NCBI GenBank assembly: GCA_965197425.1
Contig: CBDANC010000015.1
Location: 160,001-224,000 of the forward strand
DNA: 64,000 nucleotides
Direction: 5' to 3'
From: Bdellovibrionales bacterium
Lineage (GTDB): Bacteria; Bdellovibrionota; Bdellovibrionia; Bdellovibrionales; JAUICD01
The position numbers and the translations under genes are program-made. The notes beneath the pieces are model-generated. The model did no database searches. It saw only the letters and a program-made list of their open reading frames with translations, and had not been told where the DNA came from. This document shows positions 62,342-64,000 of this stretch, piece after piece (positions within the stretch are counted from its first letter, which is position 1; the number at the start of each line of letters is the position of its first letter).

Positions 62342-63439
62342 TTAGGATCTTGTTATTTCACCCAGTAGTGTTTTGACACCACCTTTTTTCGTATCAACTG
62401 TAACCTTAATGCCATAGAGTCTATACGCAGCTAGAAGAGCAATAGCCGCAGGTTCTATCATAGAGACGGGCCAACCAATATCTTCGCTTGTAATAACTTT
62501 GGAATTTTTAAAACTTTCTTTTAGTCTTTTAAGTATATATTGATTTTTAGCACCACCTCCACATAGCACAATGGTCTCTGGTAATCTGGGCAGTTTTTTA
62601 TACGACCGTACGATTGAGCTAACAGTTAGCTCCGAAATCGTTGCAACCTTATCAGGTATTGAACGGTTTTGTAGTTTCAATATTACCTTTTTTAAAAATT
62701 CTTCTCCGAACTGTTCTCTTCCAAAATTATTTTTTTTAAAAACTTTTGATTTTAATATGCTATTTACTATTTGTTTTTGGGGAGTTCCACTCATAGCAAG
62801 CTTCCCATTAAGATCTAAATTTTTGTTTAAAGTTTTCATAAATCCATCGATAAGCATGTTACCAGGTCCGGTATCAAAGGCTATCATCTTGTTTTTTTCT
62901 AAATAAGTAACATTACCTATACCGCCAATATTTTGAAAGGCTTTGCTCTTAGTTTTTATTCTATCGGATATGGCCTTATGAAAAAAGTTTGCAATAGGAG
63001 CTCCTAAACCTCCTACTGCAATGTGCATAGAGCGAAAATTAGATGCTACAGGTGTTTTTAGTTTGTGGGCTATAAAAGAAGGGTTACATATTTGAAGGCT
63101 AGATATTCCTTCATTGTGATATGCAGTTTGACCATGTATCCCTATTAAATCTACGCGGGATTTTTTTTTGTATTTATCAATTGTGTTGGCATAGAATTTT
63201 CCTAATTCAAAATGTAAATTTGTAATCTCAGAGGTTTTAAGTTTATCCGTTGTTGCTAGTATCAGTTTGTCATAGAGCTTTTTTGGGTGCTTAACACTAA
63301 AACTATCAATTAATTTGATGTCAGTTATCTTTTTATTTTTTAATGATATTTTACATAGAGCAAAGTCGATTGCATCCATGCTTGTACCGCTCATAGAACC
63401 CAAAACATTTATTGTTGATTTTACAGTAGCTTGTGCCAT
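62342..63439 (-). CDS. anmK: Anhydro-N-acetylmuramic acid kinase
   Basis: MSGTSMDAID, HGQT, NIGGIGN, FDTGPGN, CGGGAKN. Confidence 0.95.
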   Translation of the reverse strand: MAQATVKSTINVLGSMSGTSMDAIDFALCKISLKNKKITDIKLIDSFSVKHPKKLYDKLILATTDKLKTSEITNLHFELGKFYANTIDKYKKKSRVDLIGIHGQTAYHNEGISSLQICNPSFIAHKLKTPVASNFRSMHIAVGGLGAPIANFFHKAISDRIKTKSKAFQNIGGIGNVTYLEKNKMIAFDTGPGNMLIDGFMKTLNKNLDLNGKLAMSGTPQKQIVNSILKSKVFKKNNFGREQFGEEFLKKVILKLQNRSIPDKVATISELTVSSIVRSYKKLPRLPETIVLCGGGAKNQYILKRLKESFKNSKVITSEDIGWPVSMIEPAAIALLAAYRLYGIKVTVDTKKGGVKTLLGEITRS

Positions 63440-63529
63440 GGTACCTACCTACTAACCTAGTCATTTGATTTTTTCAAAAAAATTTTAATTTAATGACATA
63501 TGTAAGAACATAATATAAATGCTAGCTAT

Positions 63530-64000
63530 ATGTCTTCTGAAGTCAACATAATATCTTGGAATGTAAATGGTGTTAGAGCCTGTTATAGAAAAGGCCTACT
63601 TAATTTTATAGAAAATAAAAAACCAGACATCATATGCCTTCAAGAGATAAAGGCTAATGTAGAGCAAGTTAGTGATGATATGGTTAACCCCTGTGGAATG
63701 CATTCTTATTGGTCTAGTGCTGTTAGAAAGGGATATTCAGGAACAGCCACATTTTCAAAGTTAGAGGCATTAGAAGTTTCAAAAGGCATAGGGGTAGATG
63801 AATTTGACCAGGAAGGAAGATTCACCATAACAACACACCCTGAGTTCAAGTTATATAATATATACTTTCCTAATGGTTCTCATAAAAAAGAACGGCAAAT
63901 ATATAAAATGAAATTTAATAACACTTTGTTGTCTAAACTAAAAGATGAGATAGAAAAAGGACAAGAACTAATTGTCCTAGGTGATTATAATATTGCTCCT
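63530..64000 (+). CDS. xth: Exodeoxyribonuclease III, 3' end runs off the window
   Basis: MSSEVNIISWNVNGVRA, CLQEIK, KGYSG, EGR, YFPNG, GDYNIA. Not in the ORF track. Confidence 0.93.
   Translation, partial: MSSEVNIISWNVNGVRACYRKGLLNFIENKKPDIICLQEIKANVEQVSDDMVNPCGMHSYWSSAVRKGYSGTATFSKLEALEVSKGIGVDEFDQEGRFTITTHPEFKLYNIYFPNGSHKKERQIYKMKFNNTLLSKLKDEIEKGQELIVLGDYNIAP

Overview
AT-rich bacterial chromosomal segment whose gene content suggests a Bdellovibrionota-like organism (inference). Most of it is housekeeping: dapF-dapA-dapB, cusCBA, dus, tRNA-Pro(UGG), a porin, two S8 proteases, rluB, sufBCDS plus an Nfu-type carrier, an MFS transporter, sdhCAB, leucine catabolism liuBCDE, rnhA, rnpB, maeB, fadIJ, tamB with a BamA/TamA-family gene, efp, yebC-ruvCAB, anmK and xth. 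The unusual signal is mostly non-coding. (1) Nine copies of a dispersed ~95-125 nt structured element (about 30-nt leader, CTGGGCAAC, covarying rod hairpin, GGAAGACCTT-type end) sit at gene junctions, mostly co-oriented with transcription, and twice supply the ribosome-binding site. (2) Two paralogous four-helix-bundle (IVP/TIGR02436-type) genes each have an SD-sequestering hairpin and flanking degenerate 8-mer repeats. (3) A 1209-aa secreted ankyrin gene is bracketed by 26-nt direct repeats next to related element ends. (4) A signal-peptide-bearing multi-HTH protein sits beside a decayed duplicate. No transposase, integrase, reverse transcriptase or cas gene is visible in the window. All calls come from manual motif recognition, without database searches.
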